Of a stretch of DNA of 64,000 bases, positions 41,960 to 52,448 are shown one piece after another (the stretch's first letter is position 1; the number at the start of each line of letters is the position of its first letter). The stretch covers positions 1 to 64,000 of the forward strand of contig CAWDRG010000019.1 of assembly GCA_963804645.1 (NCBI GenBank). The letters are read 5' to 3'. The notes under the pieces are model-generated. The model did no database searches. It was not told where the DNA came from and worked only from the letters and a program-made list of their open reading frames with translations. The position numbers were made by a program, and so were the translations under genes. Origin of the DNA: an uncultured Bacillota bacterium (lineage in GTDB: Bacteria > Sysuimicrobiota > Sysuimicrobiia > Sysuimicrobiales > Segetimicrobiaceae).

Positions 41960-43552
41960 CTACGGCTTGAGTCCCAGATCGAGCATCTTGTAGAGCACGT
42001 TCGCGTGCATCTGGGGCACGACGAGCTTCGGCGAGGCGATCACGACCCGCTTCTCGTGCACCAGCGGCACCCAGATGGCGTTGCTGACGACGATCTGCTG
42101 CAGCTTCTGGTACGCCTGCATCCGCTCGGGGTCGCTTGTGCTCGCGCGGCTAAGATCCAAGAGACGGTCCGTCTCCGGGTCGGCCCAGTTGAAGCGGTTC
42201 GGCGCCGGGCGCTGCGTGCTGTAGAAATAAAAGTAGAGGACGTCCGGCGTCACGTACCGGACGTTGATGAAGAACAGATCGTGCTGGCCCGCGCGGAGGG
42301 CAGCGAGGAACGCGGTCCATTCCATGCTCTGGGGGCGAAGCTGGACGCCGACGCCGGCGAGTTCGGACTGCGCGAGGGTCACGAGCTGCTCGACGCCGGG
42401 ACCGGGTGAGTACAGGAACAGCAGCGATAGGGGCTGGCCGTTCTTCTGGCGCACCGCGCCGGGGCCCGACTGGGTCCAGCCGTCCTCGTCGAGGATGCGC
42501 TTGGCGCGGCTGGGATCGTAGTGGTACCCGATCTTCTGGACGCCGGACCACCAGCCCGGCGTGCCCGGCGCCAGCGGTCCGAACGCCTCCGTGGCCAGCC
42601 CGTAGTAGGCCCCGGCGATGATCTCTTGTTTGTCGATACCGTAATTGACCGCCTGGCGGACTTTGAGGTCGTCGAGCGGTTTGTGGCCCAGATTGAGTCC
42701 AATAAACGCGGTGTTCAGGTCCCCGTACCGGATCACCTGGACCCGCTTGTCCTTGTCGAGCAGCGGGACCTGTTCGCCAGGGATCGACTCCGCGAACTGG
42801 GCGTCACCGATCTGGACCGCAGCGACGCGCGGCGTGTCCTCGACGATCGTGTGGAACACGACCGTCCCGAACGGGGCCGGGCCGTGGTTCTTGTAGAACG
42901 GCGGTCCCCAGGTGTAGGCCGGGTTGCGGGTCACCACCAGGCGGTCGTTCCGCACCCACTCGCGCAGGACGAACGGCCCGGTGCCGTCCACCTTGCCGAC
43001 GCCCGTGCCGTAGTCGTCACCCGCCCGGGTGACCGCGTCCTGGTTGATGATGCTGGCCGAGTAGCCGGCCAAGTTGACGAGGAGGATCGACAGCGGCGTC
43101 TTGAGATGCATGACGACGGTCGTGGGATTCGGGGCGTCGACGCTCTCGACGGGGCTGATGTTGTAGGCGGTCGGGGAGCCTTTGAGGGCCTGCCAGCGGT
43201 CCATCGTGTACTTGACGTCCGCCGAGGTCAGCGGTTTCCCCGACGCGAATCGCACGCCGGATCGCAGGGTAAAGGTGTATGTCTTGCCGTCCGGCGAGAT
43301 CGTCCACTTCTCCGCCAGCCCGGGCTGGACCGTGTTGGCGTAGTCCTGTGTCACGAGGGTGTCGTAGAGCAGATAGTCCACCTCGGCGGACGACACTGCG
43401 GTCGTGCGCTGCGGATCCAGCGTCTCGGTCTCCTGGGGGCGGGCAAACGTAAACGTGGATCCGGCGGACGGCGCGCCGGTCGCAAACTGGGGCAGGACGA
43501 CGAGCGAAAGCACCACGAGTCCGAGCACGCACCACCGCGCAGGTCGACGCAT
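41960..43552 (-). CDS. Peptide ABC substrate-binding protein (family 5)
   Basis: Signal peptide, PGLAEKW.IS.DG.TYTF.LR.GV.F, GTGPF. Confidence 0.92.
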   Translation of the reverse strand: MRRPARWCVLGLVVLSLVVLPQFATGAPSAGSTFTFARPQETETLDPQRTTAVSSAEVDYLLYDTLVTQDYANTVQPGLAEKWTISPDGKTYTFTLRSGVRFASGKPLTSADVKYTMDRWQALKGSPTAYNISPVESVDAPNPTTVVMHLKTPLSILLVNLAGYSASIINQDAVTRAGDDYGTGVGKVDGTGPFVLREWVRNDRLVVTRNPAYTWGPPFYKNHGPAPFGTVVFHTIVEDTPRVAAVQIGDAQFAESIPGEQVPLLDKDKRVQVIRYGDLNTAFIGLNLGHKPLDDLKVRQAVNYGIDKQEIIAGAYYGLATEAFGPLAPGTPGWWSGVQKIGYHYDPSRAKRILDEDGWTQSGPGAVRQKNGQPLSLLFLYSPGPGVEQLVTLAQSELAGVGVQLRPQSMEWTAFLAALRAGQHDLFFINVRYVTPDVLYFYFYSTQRPAPNRFNWADPETDRLLDLSRASTSDPERMQAYQKLQQIVVSNAIWVPLVHEKRVVIASPKLVVPQMHANVLYKMLDLGLKP

Positions 43553-43676
43553 TCCACGTCTCCTCGGGGAGCCCGACGGACCGGAAGCAGTTGGGCTTTA
43601 AGTAGCCGCCTATTCGAGCGGCCGGCGGACACCTCCTGCCGCACGGGCGTCGGGCCCGGCCGCGGGCCGAGTCCGG

Positions 43677-44246
43677 TTACGCGGGACGCCGCGCGATGAG
43701 GCGCGCCGTGTCGATCTCCCGATCGCCTTCCTGACGGACGCCTTCCTCGTACTCGACGACGTGCCACCCGTCGAAGAGCGCCCGGAGTTCTCCAGGGTCG
43801 AGCGCGTAGCGGCTCTTGGAGGGCGCCGTCGGAGTCCGCCGGTGCGTCTCGACGTACACGTGGCCGCCCGGCCGCACCCATCGGGCCAGCCGTTCGATGA
43901 GCGCCCGGTCCAGGAAGAACGTCTGCACCGCCAGGTCGTACGACGCCGGCCGGCACTCGAAGGTGTCGAGGTCGGCCACGACGAGGTTCACGCGAAGCGC
44001 CGCCTCGGCCGCCCGCTGCTCGACGATCTGGAGGGCTTCGAGGGAGATGTCGACCGCGTCCACGGTCCAACCCTGGCGCGCGAGCAGCAGCGCGTGACGC
44101 CCGAGTCCCGCGGCGAGATCGAGGGCCCGCCCGGGCGGCAGCGCCCGCCCCAGCGCGGCGAGGCGCGGGGCCGGCTCAACGTCGTGGCGGCGGTCGCCCG
44201 CGGCGTACCGGGCGTCCCAGCGCTGGCGGTCGGTCTGCATGGGCAA
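43677..44246 (-). CDS. SAM-dependent methyltransferase (TehB-like)
   Basis: RALDLAAGLGRHA, AVDIS. Confidence 0.85.
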   Translation of the reverse strand: MPMQTDRQRWDARYAAGDRRHDVEPAPRLAALGRALPPGRALDLAAGLGRHALLLARQGWTVDAVDISLEALQIVEQRAAEAALRVNLVVADLDTFECRPASYDLAVQTFFLDRALIERLARWVRPGGHVYVETHRRTPTAPSKSRYALDPGELRALFDGWHVVEYEEGVRQEGDREIDTARLIARRPA

Positions 44247-44262
44247 GGTCCCGGCGGCGTTC

Positions 44263-45561
44263 CTAGAAGAACGTCGCGATCCCGCCGGTCACGGCATAGG
44301 CGTCGTCCACGAGCGGGACCAGGCGCCACTTGTCGAACGTCGTGCACGGATGCGACACGTCGAAGCCGACGACGTCCCCGACGCGAAGGTCGGCACCCGG
44401 CGGCAGCTGGACGAAGGCGTGTTGGTCGTTGAGCGCGCGGACCGCCGCCCCGTCCCCGAACGGGCGCGCGGCTCCGTCCCGCCACACCCACGTCGGGACC
44501 GGAAGCCGCACGTCGTATGGGGCGTCCCGCTTGCCGAAGCCGACGATCGCGAGCCCGGGTTCGGGGCGCGACAGCACCACCGCGAGCAACTCCAGCGCCG
44601 GCCGCATGCGATCGGGGCCAATGGCGCGCCCGGCGAACGGCGACAGACGCTCGTACTGATCGACGTCGTGGGTGACGTACGCGCCGGAGCGGACGACGAT
44701 CCGCACGGGCGTGGCCGTCGGCCAAGGCGGACTCAGCAGGTCGGCCGCCCGGTCGACGAACAGGCTGCTGCCGGCGCTCACGAGGATCTCCTCACGGCCG
44801 GCGAAGGCGTGCTGCGTCATCAGCGACGCGGCGACCGCGCGCACCCCCGCGAGGAAGTCGGTGACCGCGTCCACCCGACGCTCCGGGGCAAGGGCCGGGA
44901 CCGCCCCTTCGTAGGCCTCGACGCCGGCCAGCTCAAGGACGGCGCTCGCGCGGACGGCACGCGCCACGGCAGCCGCCTCCGCCTCGCTCCGGCAGCCCGC
45001 CCGTCCTCCCGGCGCTCCGATTTCCACGAGGACCGGCAGGGAGCGGGAGGGGGCGCCCCGGTCCAGCGCGCGCGTCAGCGCGGCGACGCCGGCCTCCGAG
45101 TCGACCAGCACGTAGCACTCGAACCGGGGATCCCGGGCCAGCTCGGCGGCCAGCCACCGCGCGGCGACAGGTTCGACGACCTCGTTCGCGATGAAGATGC
45201 GCTCCGCGCCGACTGCGCGAAACACCCGCGCCTGCTGGACGGTGGCGACCGTCACACCCCAGGCGCCGGCGCGGAGCTGCCGGTCGACGATCTGCGGCGC
45301 CATCGGCGTTTTGCCGTGCGGGGCGAGCGACACACCGCGGGCCCGGCAGTACTGCGCCATGACCTCGATGTTGTGGGCGAGGGCGGCCTCCTTGAGCACG
45401 ACGAGCGGCAGCAGCAGATCCCCCGTGCGGGCGTTCCACCCCTGCGCCCCGATCGTGCCCACGGTGACGCGCGCGTCGGTGGGAGGAAAGCCTTTGTACC
45501 GAGCGTCCACGACCTCGTCGAGGATGCGCGAGAGATCCAGTCCGCCGACCGCTCGTGCCAT
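44263..45561 (-). CDS. D-serine deaminase-like PLP protein (alanine racemase fold)
   Basis: APHGKTPMAP, RSGAY.THD, LNDQH, SHPCTTFDKW. Confidence 0.88.
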   Translation of the reverse strand: MARAVGGLDLSRILDEVVDARYKGFPPTDARVTVGTIGAQGWNARTGDLLLPLVVLKEAALAHNIEVMAQYCRARGVSLAPHGKTPMAPQIVDRQLRAGAWGVTVATVQQARVFRAVGAERIFIANEVVEPVAARWLAAELARDPRFECYVLVDSEAGVAALTRALDRGAPSRSLPVLVEIGAPGGRAGCRSEAEAAAVARAVRASAVLELAGVEAYEGAVPALAPERRVDAVTDFLAGVRAVAASLMTQHAFAGREEILVSAGSSLFVDRAADLLSPPWPTATPVRIVVRSGAYVTHDVDQYERLSPFAGRAIGPDRMRPALELLAVVLSRPEPGLAIVGFGKRDAPYDVRLPVPTWVWRDGAARPFGDGAAVRALNDQHAFVQLPPGADLRVGDVVGFDVSHPCTTFDKWRLVPLVDDAYAVTGGIATFF

Positions 45562-45605
45562 CGTGCTGCCCCCTTCGGATCGCGTCGCGTGCACCCGCCG
45601 GCGAG

Positions 45606-47177
45606 TCACTGCCGGGCGATCGCCGAGCGCTGCCCGCGCAGCACGTACTTCTGAATCTTGCCCGTCGCGGTCCGGGGCAGATCGTCCACGAACTTGACCG
45701 CCTTCGGCACTTTGAAATGGGCGAGATGGTCGCGCGCGAACTGGATCAACTCCGCTTCGGTGACGACCGCGTTGGCTTGGCGCACCACGAACGCGTGGGG
45801 CGCCTCGCCCCACCGTTCGTCGGGGAGCCCCACGACGGCGACCTCCCGGACGCCCGAGTGGCGGAGCAGCAGGCCTTCGACTTCCACGGACGAGATGTTC
45901 TCGCCGCCGCTGATGATCACGTCTTTGAGGCGGTCTCGGACCTCGAGGTACCCGTCCGGGTGCACGACGGCCGCGTCGCCCGTATGGAACCAGCCGTTGC
46001 GGATGACGGCGTCGGTCGCGGCCTGGTCGTTGAAGTAGCCCTTCATCACGACGTTCCCGCGGACGGCGATCTCGCCGAGCGTCTGCCCGTCGTGCGGCAC
46101 CTCGCGGTCCTGGTCGTCCACGACCCGCAGGTCCCCGGAGGTGATGAGTTCCACCCCCTGGCGCGCCTTCACCACCGCGCGCTGGTCCGCCGAGAGCTGC
46201 GCGTGCTCGGGGCGGGGCTCGCAGATCGAAATGAACGGGGACGTCTCCGTCAGCCCGTACACGTGGGTGATCTCCCAGCCGAGCTCGCCCTCGATGCGCG
46301 CGATCGTCGCAGCCGCGGGCGGGGCGCCCGCCGTGAACACCCGCACACCTCGCGGCGCCGCCCGGCGCGCGTCGTCCGGGGCGTTGGCCAGCATGATCAG
46401 TACCGTGGGCGCGGCGCAGAGCAGGTTGACTTCGAGATCCCGGCATAGGGTGAAGACACGCTCGGGCTCCACTCGACGGAGGCAGATGTGCGTGCCGCCC
46501 ACGGCGGTGATCCTCCACACAAACGTCCAGCCGTTGGCGTGGAACATCGGCAGCGTCCACAGGTACCGGGTCGCCGGGCTCATCGGGACATGGACGAGCG
46601 CGCCGATCACGTCGGTGTACGCGTTCCGGTGGGTGATCATGACGCCCTTCGGACGCGCCGTGGTGCCGCTCGTGTAGTTGACCGTCAGGAGGTCGGTCTC
46701 AGCGATCGGTGCCGGCCGGAACTCGGCGGTCGACCCCTTGAGCAGCCCTTCGTAGTCGAGCCAGCCGGCGCGGGCACCGCCGAGCGCGACGAAATGCTCC
46801 ACGGAGGGCAGCGAGGCCCTGATACCGTCGACGGCGTCCAGGTGGTCCGGATCCGCGCACACCACGCGCGCGCCGCTGTGGGTGATGATGTACGCGAAGT
46901 CGTCCGGGGTCAGCCGGTAGTTGATTGGGACCAGGACCGCGCCGGTCTGCGGCACGGCGTAGAACGACTCCAGCTGCTGGTGGGTGTTCGGCGCGATGTA
47001 CGCCACACGGTCGCCGGGCCGCACGCCGAGGCGCTGCAACTCGGCGGACCATCGGTCGCAGCGGGCGAAGAACTGTTCGTACGTGAACCGCTCGTCGCCG
47101 TCGATCACCGCCTGGCGGCCTCCGTACAGCCGTCGCGAGCGGCGGGCGAATTCGAGCGGTGTCAGCGGCGTCTCCAT
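45606..47177 (-). CDS. Acyl-CoA synthetase (AMP-binding)
   Basis: YTSGTT.RPKG, YGLTE, GWFHTGD, IISGGENISS, TGKIQK. Confidence 0.93.
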   Translation of the reverse strand: METPLTPLEFARRSRRLYGGRQAVIDGDERFTYEQFFARCDRWSAELQRLGVRPGDRVAYIAPNTHQQLESFYAVPQTGAVLVPINYRLTPDDFAYIITHSGARVVCADPDHLDAVDGIRASLPSVEHFVALGGARAGWLDYEGLLKGSTAEFRPAPIAETDLLTVNYTSGTTARPKGVMITHRNAYTDVIGALVHVPMSPATRYLWTLPMFHANGWTFVWRITAVGGTHICLRRVEPERVFTLCRDLEVNLLCAAPTVLIMLANAPDDARRAAPRGVRVFTAGAPPAAATIARIEGELGWEITHVYGLTETSPFISICEPRPEHAQLSADQRAVVKARQGVELITSGDLRVVDDQDREVPHDGQTLGEIAVRGNVVMKGYFNDQAATDAVIRNGWFHTGDAAVVHPDGYLEVRDRLKDVIISGGENISSVEVEGLLLRHSGVREVAVVGLPDERWGEAPHAFVVRQANAVVTEAELIQFARDHLAHFKVPKAVKFVDDLPRTATGKIQKYVLRGQRSAIARQ

Positions 47178-47585
47178 GGTCGCGGACCTCCTCCACGTTC
47201 CTGACGTGTCGGCGGGCATCCCGCCGGCGGTGAGCGGCTGCCCCGCGCGGAGCGCCGTCCGCACCGCGTGCGCTCCGCCGGTGTGAACCTAGTTCGCCTG
47301 CGGACCGCGCGTCGCCTGCGGCGCCGCCGCGCCCGGGGCGGGGCGGCCGTACGCGGCGGCCCGCGGGCGCCGACTTGTGGAGATGGCGTCTCGCGACTAC
47401 GATTGGTGGCGTGGAGGTGAGTCCGGTCGAGCATCGGCGAGACGGGAGACGCGGACCGCGGGCGGGGGCATCGATCACATACGGCAGGAGGGGACGATGA
47501 CGACCGCGTTGTTTACGAAGTTGTGTCGAGGTGCAACGTTGGACGCGGTGGGCGCAGCCACGCGGCAGCCGGGATTTGCGTCGTG

Positions 47586-48317
47586 ATGCCGTCGATCGAT
47601 CTCATCTCGCGTGCCGTCTTGGTCGCGGGCGCCAGCAGCGGGATCGGACGCGCCATCGCGCTCGGTGCGGCGGAGGCGGGAGCGCGGGTGTGTTTGTTCG
47701 CGCGCGACCGCGCGCGCCTCCAGGCGGTCGAGCGCGCCATCCTCGCGTCGGGTGGGGACGCCGTTGCGGTGGCCGGTGATGCCGCGAGCCCGGACGCGGC
47801 CGCCCTCGCGGTCCGCACGGCGGCCGACCGCTTCGGCCGGCTGGACGTGCTGGTGAACTCGGTGGGGATTAACGTCAAGAACCGGGCGCTTACGGCGCTG
47901 ACCTTGGAGACCTGGCACGAGCTGATCGCAGCCAACCTGACCGCGGCCTACGTGCTGACCCAGGCCGTGCTGCCGCTGTTCCGCGAGCGCTCAGACGGGC
48001 TGCTCATGCATATTGGCTCGATGGCCGCCAAGCGGCCGGACGTCTCCGGGGTCGGCTACCAGGCCGCCAAGCGCGGGCTGGTCGGGCTGGCCCACGGCAC
48101 GATGGAGGAAGAGCGCCAGCACGGGATCAGGGTGACCGTGGTGTTCCCGGGGTTGACCGACACGCCGCTGCTCGACCGGCGCCCCACGCCGCCGACCCCC
48201 GAGGCGCGCGCGAAGGCGCTCCAACCGGCGGACGTCGCGTTCCTGTGCCTGGCGGTGATGGCGCTTCCGCCGCGCGCCCACGTGCCGGAGATCCTGGTGT
48301 ATCCGAGTCGGTTCTGA
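47586..48317 (+). CDS. SDR oxidoreductase
   Basis: GASSGIG, YQAAK. Confidence 0.88.
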   Translation: MPSIDLISRAVLVAGASSGIGRAIALGAAEAGARVCLFARDRARLQAVERAILASGGDAVAVAGDAASPDAAALAVRTAADRFGRLDVLVNSVGINVKNRALTALTLETWHELIAANLTAAYVLTQAVLPLFRERSDGLLMHIGSMAAKRPDVSGVGYQAAKRGLVGLAHGTMEEERQHGIRVTVVFPGLTDTPLLDRRPTPPTPEARAKALQPADVAFLCLAVMALPPRAHVPEILVYPSRF

Positions 48318-49223
48318 CGGAAGATTGATGGGAGCGGGCGGTCCTAAGGCGCGTGCCTACGCCGATCCGAGCAAGATCCGCATCGACCTCCGGGCCTGTC
48401 GTAGGTCAGTGATCCTGTCACCCCAACTGATCAATGAAAATGTCATCCCGGGGTCCTCATCTGCAGGCGGGTTTGGTCAGCCCCGCTTCCACGGATGATC
48501 GGGTGGCTGTGGGGGCGGCGTGCGTGGCGCGCGCGGCGGGGGAGCCACGGGCACACACCGCGGGGCTGGTTGCGGCGCCTGCGATAGGCGTCGGCACGAG
48601 AGTGACTGCCCGCGGTAAGAGACGCCTAGGGTGCCATCGAGGAACGCGTGGACGTCGACCCGCGTGTTGGCATAGCTGCGCCCGCTGGGACCCGGCAGCA
48701 GTTGGACCCACTGCCCGGCCAGGCGGATGGTGTTGTCTTGGCCGACGGTGCGGCGGTAGCGGAAGCAGCAGATGCGCTCCAGGTCACGGCGCTCGGGCGC
48801 GGGGCGCCACGCAGGCGTCTTCTGAGCCGCCGACACCGCGAAGCGGGCATTGTAGCGAGGCAGGAACCGATCCAGGACGCGTTGCGCCTGTCCGCCAAGG
48901 TGCCCGCCTTCGCGAGACGCAGTTCGATGACGAGGCGATCCTGGAAGGTGCCAAAGAGCCGCTCGACCCGACCCTTATCTGGTATGAAATTATCGGATGC
49001 GCCCTCCTCCTACGAGTTGCCGGCAGTCGGCAGCGACGTGCTATGGTGAGACCATCCGGGCGAGGGGCATCTGGGAGCACGCAGGACGGGTAGGCCGACG
49101 TCAAGCGATGGGCTGCGAGCCCGAACCTTTATTTGGCCGCCCCTGCGACTAGCCTGGTTGCGCTGAGAGCGCGAATCCGTTCGTGTCGCGTGACCCGCCT
49201 GCCTCCCATTCAGCAAAGGGGGG

Positions 49224-50465
49224 ATGCATACGCGGTTCTTCGGGTTTGACGTTCATCAGGAATTCACGCAGATCGCGATGCTGGAGGGAGACCAGCTCAC
49301 TCAGCTCGGTCGTATTCCGACCACCCCCGCAGCCTTGCGGGAGTTTGCCGAAACCCTTAGCACTCAGGATCAGGTCGTATTGGAAGCCACCACCAATACC
49401 TATGCGATTGTGCAACTGCTCCAACAGCATGCGGGCCGAGTCGTCGTTTCCAATCCGCTCCAAACACGCGCGATCGCCGATGCCAAGATCAAGACGGATA
49501 AGGTCGATGCCGAAACCTTGGTGCGGTTGCTGGCAGGTGGGTGGCTCCCAGAGGTGTGGGTGCCAGATGCAGACACGCAAGCGCTCCGTCAGCAGGTTGC
49601 GTATCGGATCGGGTTAGTCCGCCAGCGCACGCGAGTCAAGTGTCGTGTGCACAGCATCCTGTCGCGCAATTTGATCGCGAGTTGCCCCCGGAGCGATCTG
49701 TTTGGTAAGGGCGGGCGGCAATGGTTGCTGGAGCAGGCGCTGCCGCAATTGCCCATCCATGAGCAGGCCGTCGTCACGGCCAGTCTGCGCGAGTTCGATA
49801 CCGTGAGCGCGGAGCTGGCTACGATCGAGCGCACGCTCGCCGGAGGAGCATTGCCCAGGCCTGAGGTGCGCCGGCTCATGACGATTCCCGGGATTGATGT
49901 TATCGCCGCCCTAGCGATTATGGCGGCGGTCGGAAATGTTCAGCGTTTTCGTACGCCGTCAAAGCTGGTGGCGTATCTCGGATTAGATCCGCGGGTGCGA
50001 CAATCGGGGTCAGGTCCCGTCAAATACGGACGCATCAGCAAACGCGGCCCGGGGCATGCGCGTGCCGCACTCGTTGAGGCAGCATGGGCGGCGGTGAAGA
50101 GTCCGGGGCCCTTGCGTGTCTTCTACCACCGGGTCCGGAATCGGCGCGGCGGACAGATCGCCGTCGTGGCGACGGCTCGAAAGCTCGTGGTATTAGCGTG
50201 GCACTTGCTCGCCAGGGAGCAGGACTACGCGTTCGTGCGCCCGTCTCTCGTCGCAAAGAAGTGGCGCGCCCTCGAGCTCCAGGCCGGGCATCCCCCGCGG
50301 CGGGGCGAGCGTGGCGCCGCGTACGCGTACTACCTCAAACCGCTGCGTGATCAAGAGCGTGAAATTGGAGTGCAGGCCGAGCGAGCGTATACCTTGCTCA
50401 CCCAGCACTGGCAGCCGCGCCGAGCAACACAGGACGCGGGCGCCGCAAATGGGAAGCGACTCTAA
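49224..50465 (+). CDS. IS110 recombinase/transposase
   Basis: GFDVH, LEAT, KTDKVDA, TIPGI, GLDPRVRQSG. Confidence 0.92.
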   Translation: MHTRFFGFDVHQEFTQIAMLEGDQLTQLGRIPTTPAALREFAETLSTQDQVVLEATTNTYAIVQLLQQHAGRVVVSNPLQTRAIADAKIKTDKVDAETLVRLLAGGWLPEVWVPDADTQALRQQVAYRIGLVRQRTRVKCRVHSILSRNLIASCPRSDLFGKGGRQWLLEQALPQLPIHEQAVVTASLREFDTVSAELATIERTLAGGALPRPEVRRLMTIPGIDVIAALAIMAAVGNVQRFRTPSKLVAYLGLDPRVRQSGSGPVKYGRISKRGPGHARAALVEAAWAAVKSPGPLRVFYHRVRNRRGGQIAVVATARKLVVLAWHLLAREQDYAFVRPSLVAKKWRALELQAGHPPRRGERGAAYAYYLKPLRDQEREIGVQAERAYTLLTQHWQPRRATQDAGAANGKRL

Positions 50466-50850
50466 GGCGCAGCGCCACTAAGATAATTTGACATGGACGT
50501 CGAATAGGCCCCTCGCACGGGTTCGATCGCAGCCATCGTCGCAGCAACAATCGCAGCAGCGAGGTGAGCTTCCATGGCCGCAGCGTCCGCCACGCCGCCC
50601 GCCGTGCCCTCGGTCAATCTGGCTCAAATCATCAAGCTCCTGCACACGCATCTCACGGCAGCCTTATGTAACACGGTGTTCCAGCGGGTCCGGAATCGGG
50701 AACGCCAACGCCGCTGGTCTTTGGCCGCCCTGGCTCAGTTTTGGCTCACCGTGCTCCTCACGGGCCCCCGTTCGCTGACCCAGGCGTTGCGAGAAACGGG
50801 CATCATGTTCCCCCACCTGGGGCCGGCGGCGCGCACCTCTCCGGAGGCCT

Positions 50851-52448
50851 TATCTGTTGAGGGACCCCGCCGTCAAGAGGGACCGTGTAACGATTTAGAA
50901 GCTATTCCCCCACCGATCGCGACCGCGGCAAAATGTGCAGCGTCCGACGGGACGATCAAAGCCGTGTCCCGAGAAGCGTTGGCAATTTCTCGCAGCCGAG
51001 TTTCGATGTCGAGATTCTGTGGAGGAATTAGGCCCGGACAATCACCTCCCGGAAAGACCGCGGAGATAGGAAGTCTGCGCCAGGGTGCCCAGCCTTATCT
51101 GGGTGCGCGGAGGTATAGCCTCCGGCGACATGATGAGTGATAGGTGCAACCCTGGAGCGGGCTGCGGCCGCATCCATCTTTTCGGGATGTCCACGGACAA
51201 GCCGTGGCGACATGGGCTTACTGGGAGCTGGCCGCATCCCATCTGGTGATCTCGGGCAGAAGCGCAGTAATCCCATCTTCAGGCGATCTCTGAGGCCGGC
51301 TGTTCGAACGACGGAAGGACGTTCACATCGACGGGCGCGAAGGCGCTTTCTCCCAAATTGCGAAGGATGTGGTGTGCACGGCGACAGATCTTGCGCGCGA
51401 CCGACAGACATGCCCGCTTGTGGTTGAGGCGTTCTTTGACCTTCTGGTAGTAGCTACGATCAGGGGCTGTACGCCAAGCGGCGCATTGTGCGGCTTCGTA
51501 CAGCGCCCATCGAAGCGCTTCGGGCCCCTGGCGAGAGAGATGGCCTGGAGGACGCTTGTCGTCCGATTCGTAGACGGTGATGTCCAGCCCCGCATACCGC
51601 ACTGCATCATCCGAGGACGAGAATCTGATACAGTTTCCGAGCTCAGCCCAGATGAAAACGGCGGTAATGTCGCCGACCCCGAACAGGCGCTGCTTGAGGG
51701 CGCGGCAACCTGGCTGCAGCTTTGCAAAGCGCACGAGGTAGGCATCAAGGGGCATGAGCTGGCGGTCGAGATGCTCCATCACCTCAAGCCCCGTCGTCAC
51801 AACTCGCCGCCCGGCGGCTGAAAGGTCAGCTGCGGCGAGCTGCTCCCGTCCTTGTGTCGTGGTGAGTCGGATGCTTGGTATTCCCTGATGGAACAGTTGC
51901 GCTTGGATCCGCTGCTGCCACTCTCGACGTTCATCGGCCACTGACTTGCGAAGCCGGACTAGGGTGCGAATCTCCAGCGCGTGCTCCGGAGGGAACCACG
52001 ATTCCGGGAGACGTCCAGTGAGAAGCAGCTCCACCATGTGGTCGCAATCACGGCGGTCGGTCTTGGCCCGCCGCTTCTTTCCCCTGAGAGCCGCAGTGTC
52101 TGCCGGCTCAGCAAGATGGGCAGTCAAGCCTGCCCGTGAGATTTCCTCCGCGATGAAGCGCCATCCCGTGGTGGCCTCGAGCGCAAAGTGCGCATCGCGG
52201 CCCTTGAAGGGCACGAGGAATTCTCGTACCGTTTCCCTCAGTCCAGGAGCGATGCGACCCCGTTTGATCTCGCCGGTCTCGGTGTTCAACCACTTGAATG
52301 TGATCTGCTTCCTATGCACGTCGAATGCACCTATAATTTCCATTGGGACCTCCTCGATAGCTCCGCCCGTATCCTGGGCTTCAGCACGTGCTTTGTGCTT
52401 GAGCCGAGGGGGCCCCTCTCTCTCAGGGAGTCCCTCTACATGTCATCT
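50851..52448 (-). mobile_element. IS110-family element (innermost layer)
   Basis: CT core at both junctions; removal restores EAFFQR; subterminal IR gagggacccc/ggagtccctc. Confidence 0.85.
51279..52343 (-). CDS. IS110 recombinase/transposase
   Basis: AFDVH, LEATTGW, KTDRRD, GLDITVYESD. Confidence 0.92.
   Translation of the reverse strand: MEIIGAFDVHRKQITFKWLNTETGEIKRGRIAPGLRETVREFLVPFKGRDAHFALEATTGWRFIAEEISRAGLTAHLAEPADTAALRGKKRRAKTDRRDCDHMVELLLTGRLPESWFPPEHALEIRTLVRLRKSVADERREWQQRIQAQLFHQGIPSIRLTTTQGREQLAAADLSAAGRRVVTTGLEVMEHLDRQLMPLDAYLVRFAKLQPGCRALKQRLFGVGDITAVFIWAELGNCIRFSSSDDAVRYAGLDITVYESDDKRPPGHLSRQGPEALRWALYEAAQCAAWRTAPDRSYYQKVKERLNHKRACLSVARKICRRAHHILRNLGESAFAPVDVNVLPSFEQPASEIA

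Noticed and set aside
21913..47478. Many long antisense or alternative-frame ORFs
   Set aside because: Shadow ORFs of high-GC genes; Arg/Gly/Pro-rich with no motifs.
48977..49223. Guide assignment for the second-layer IS110 non-coding end
   Set aside because: cccgaacctt resembles the left target cccgaccctt, but the other guides could not be placed consistently.
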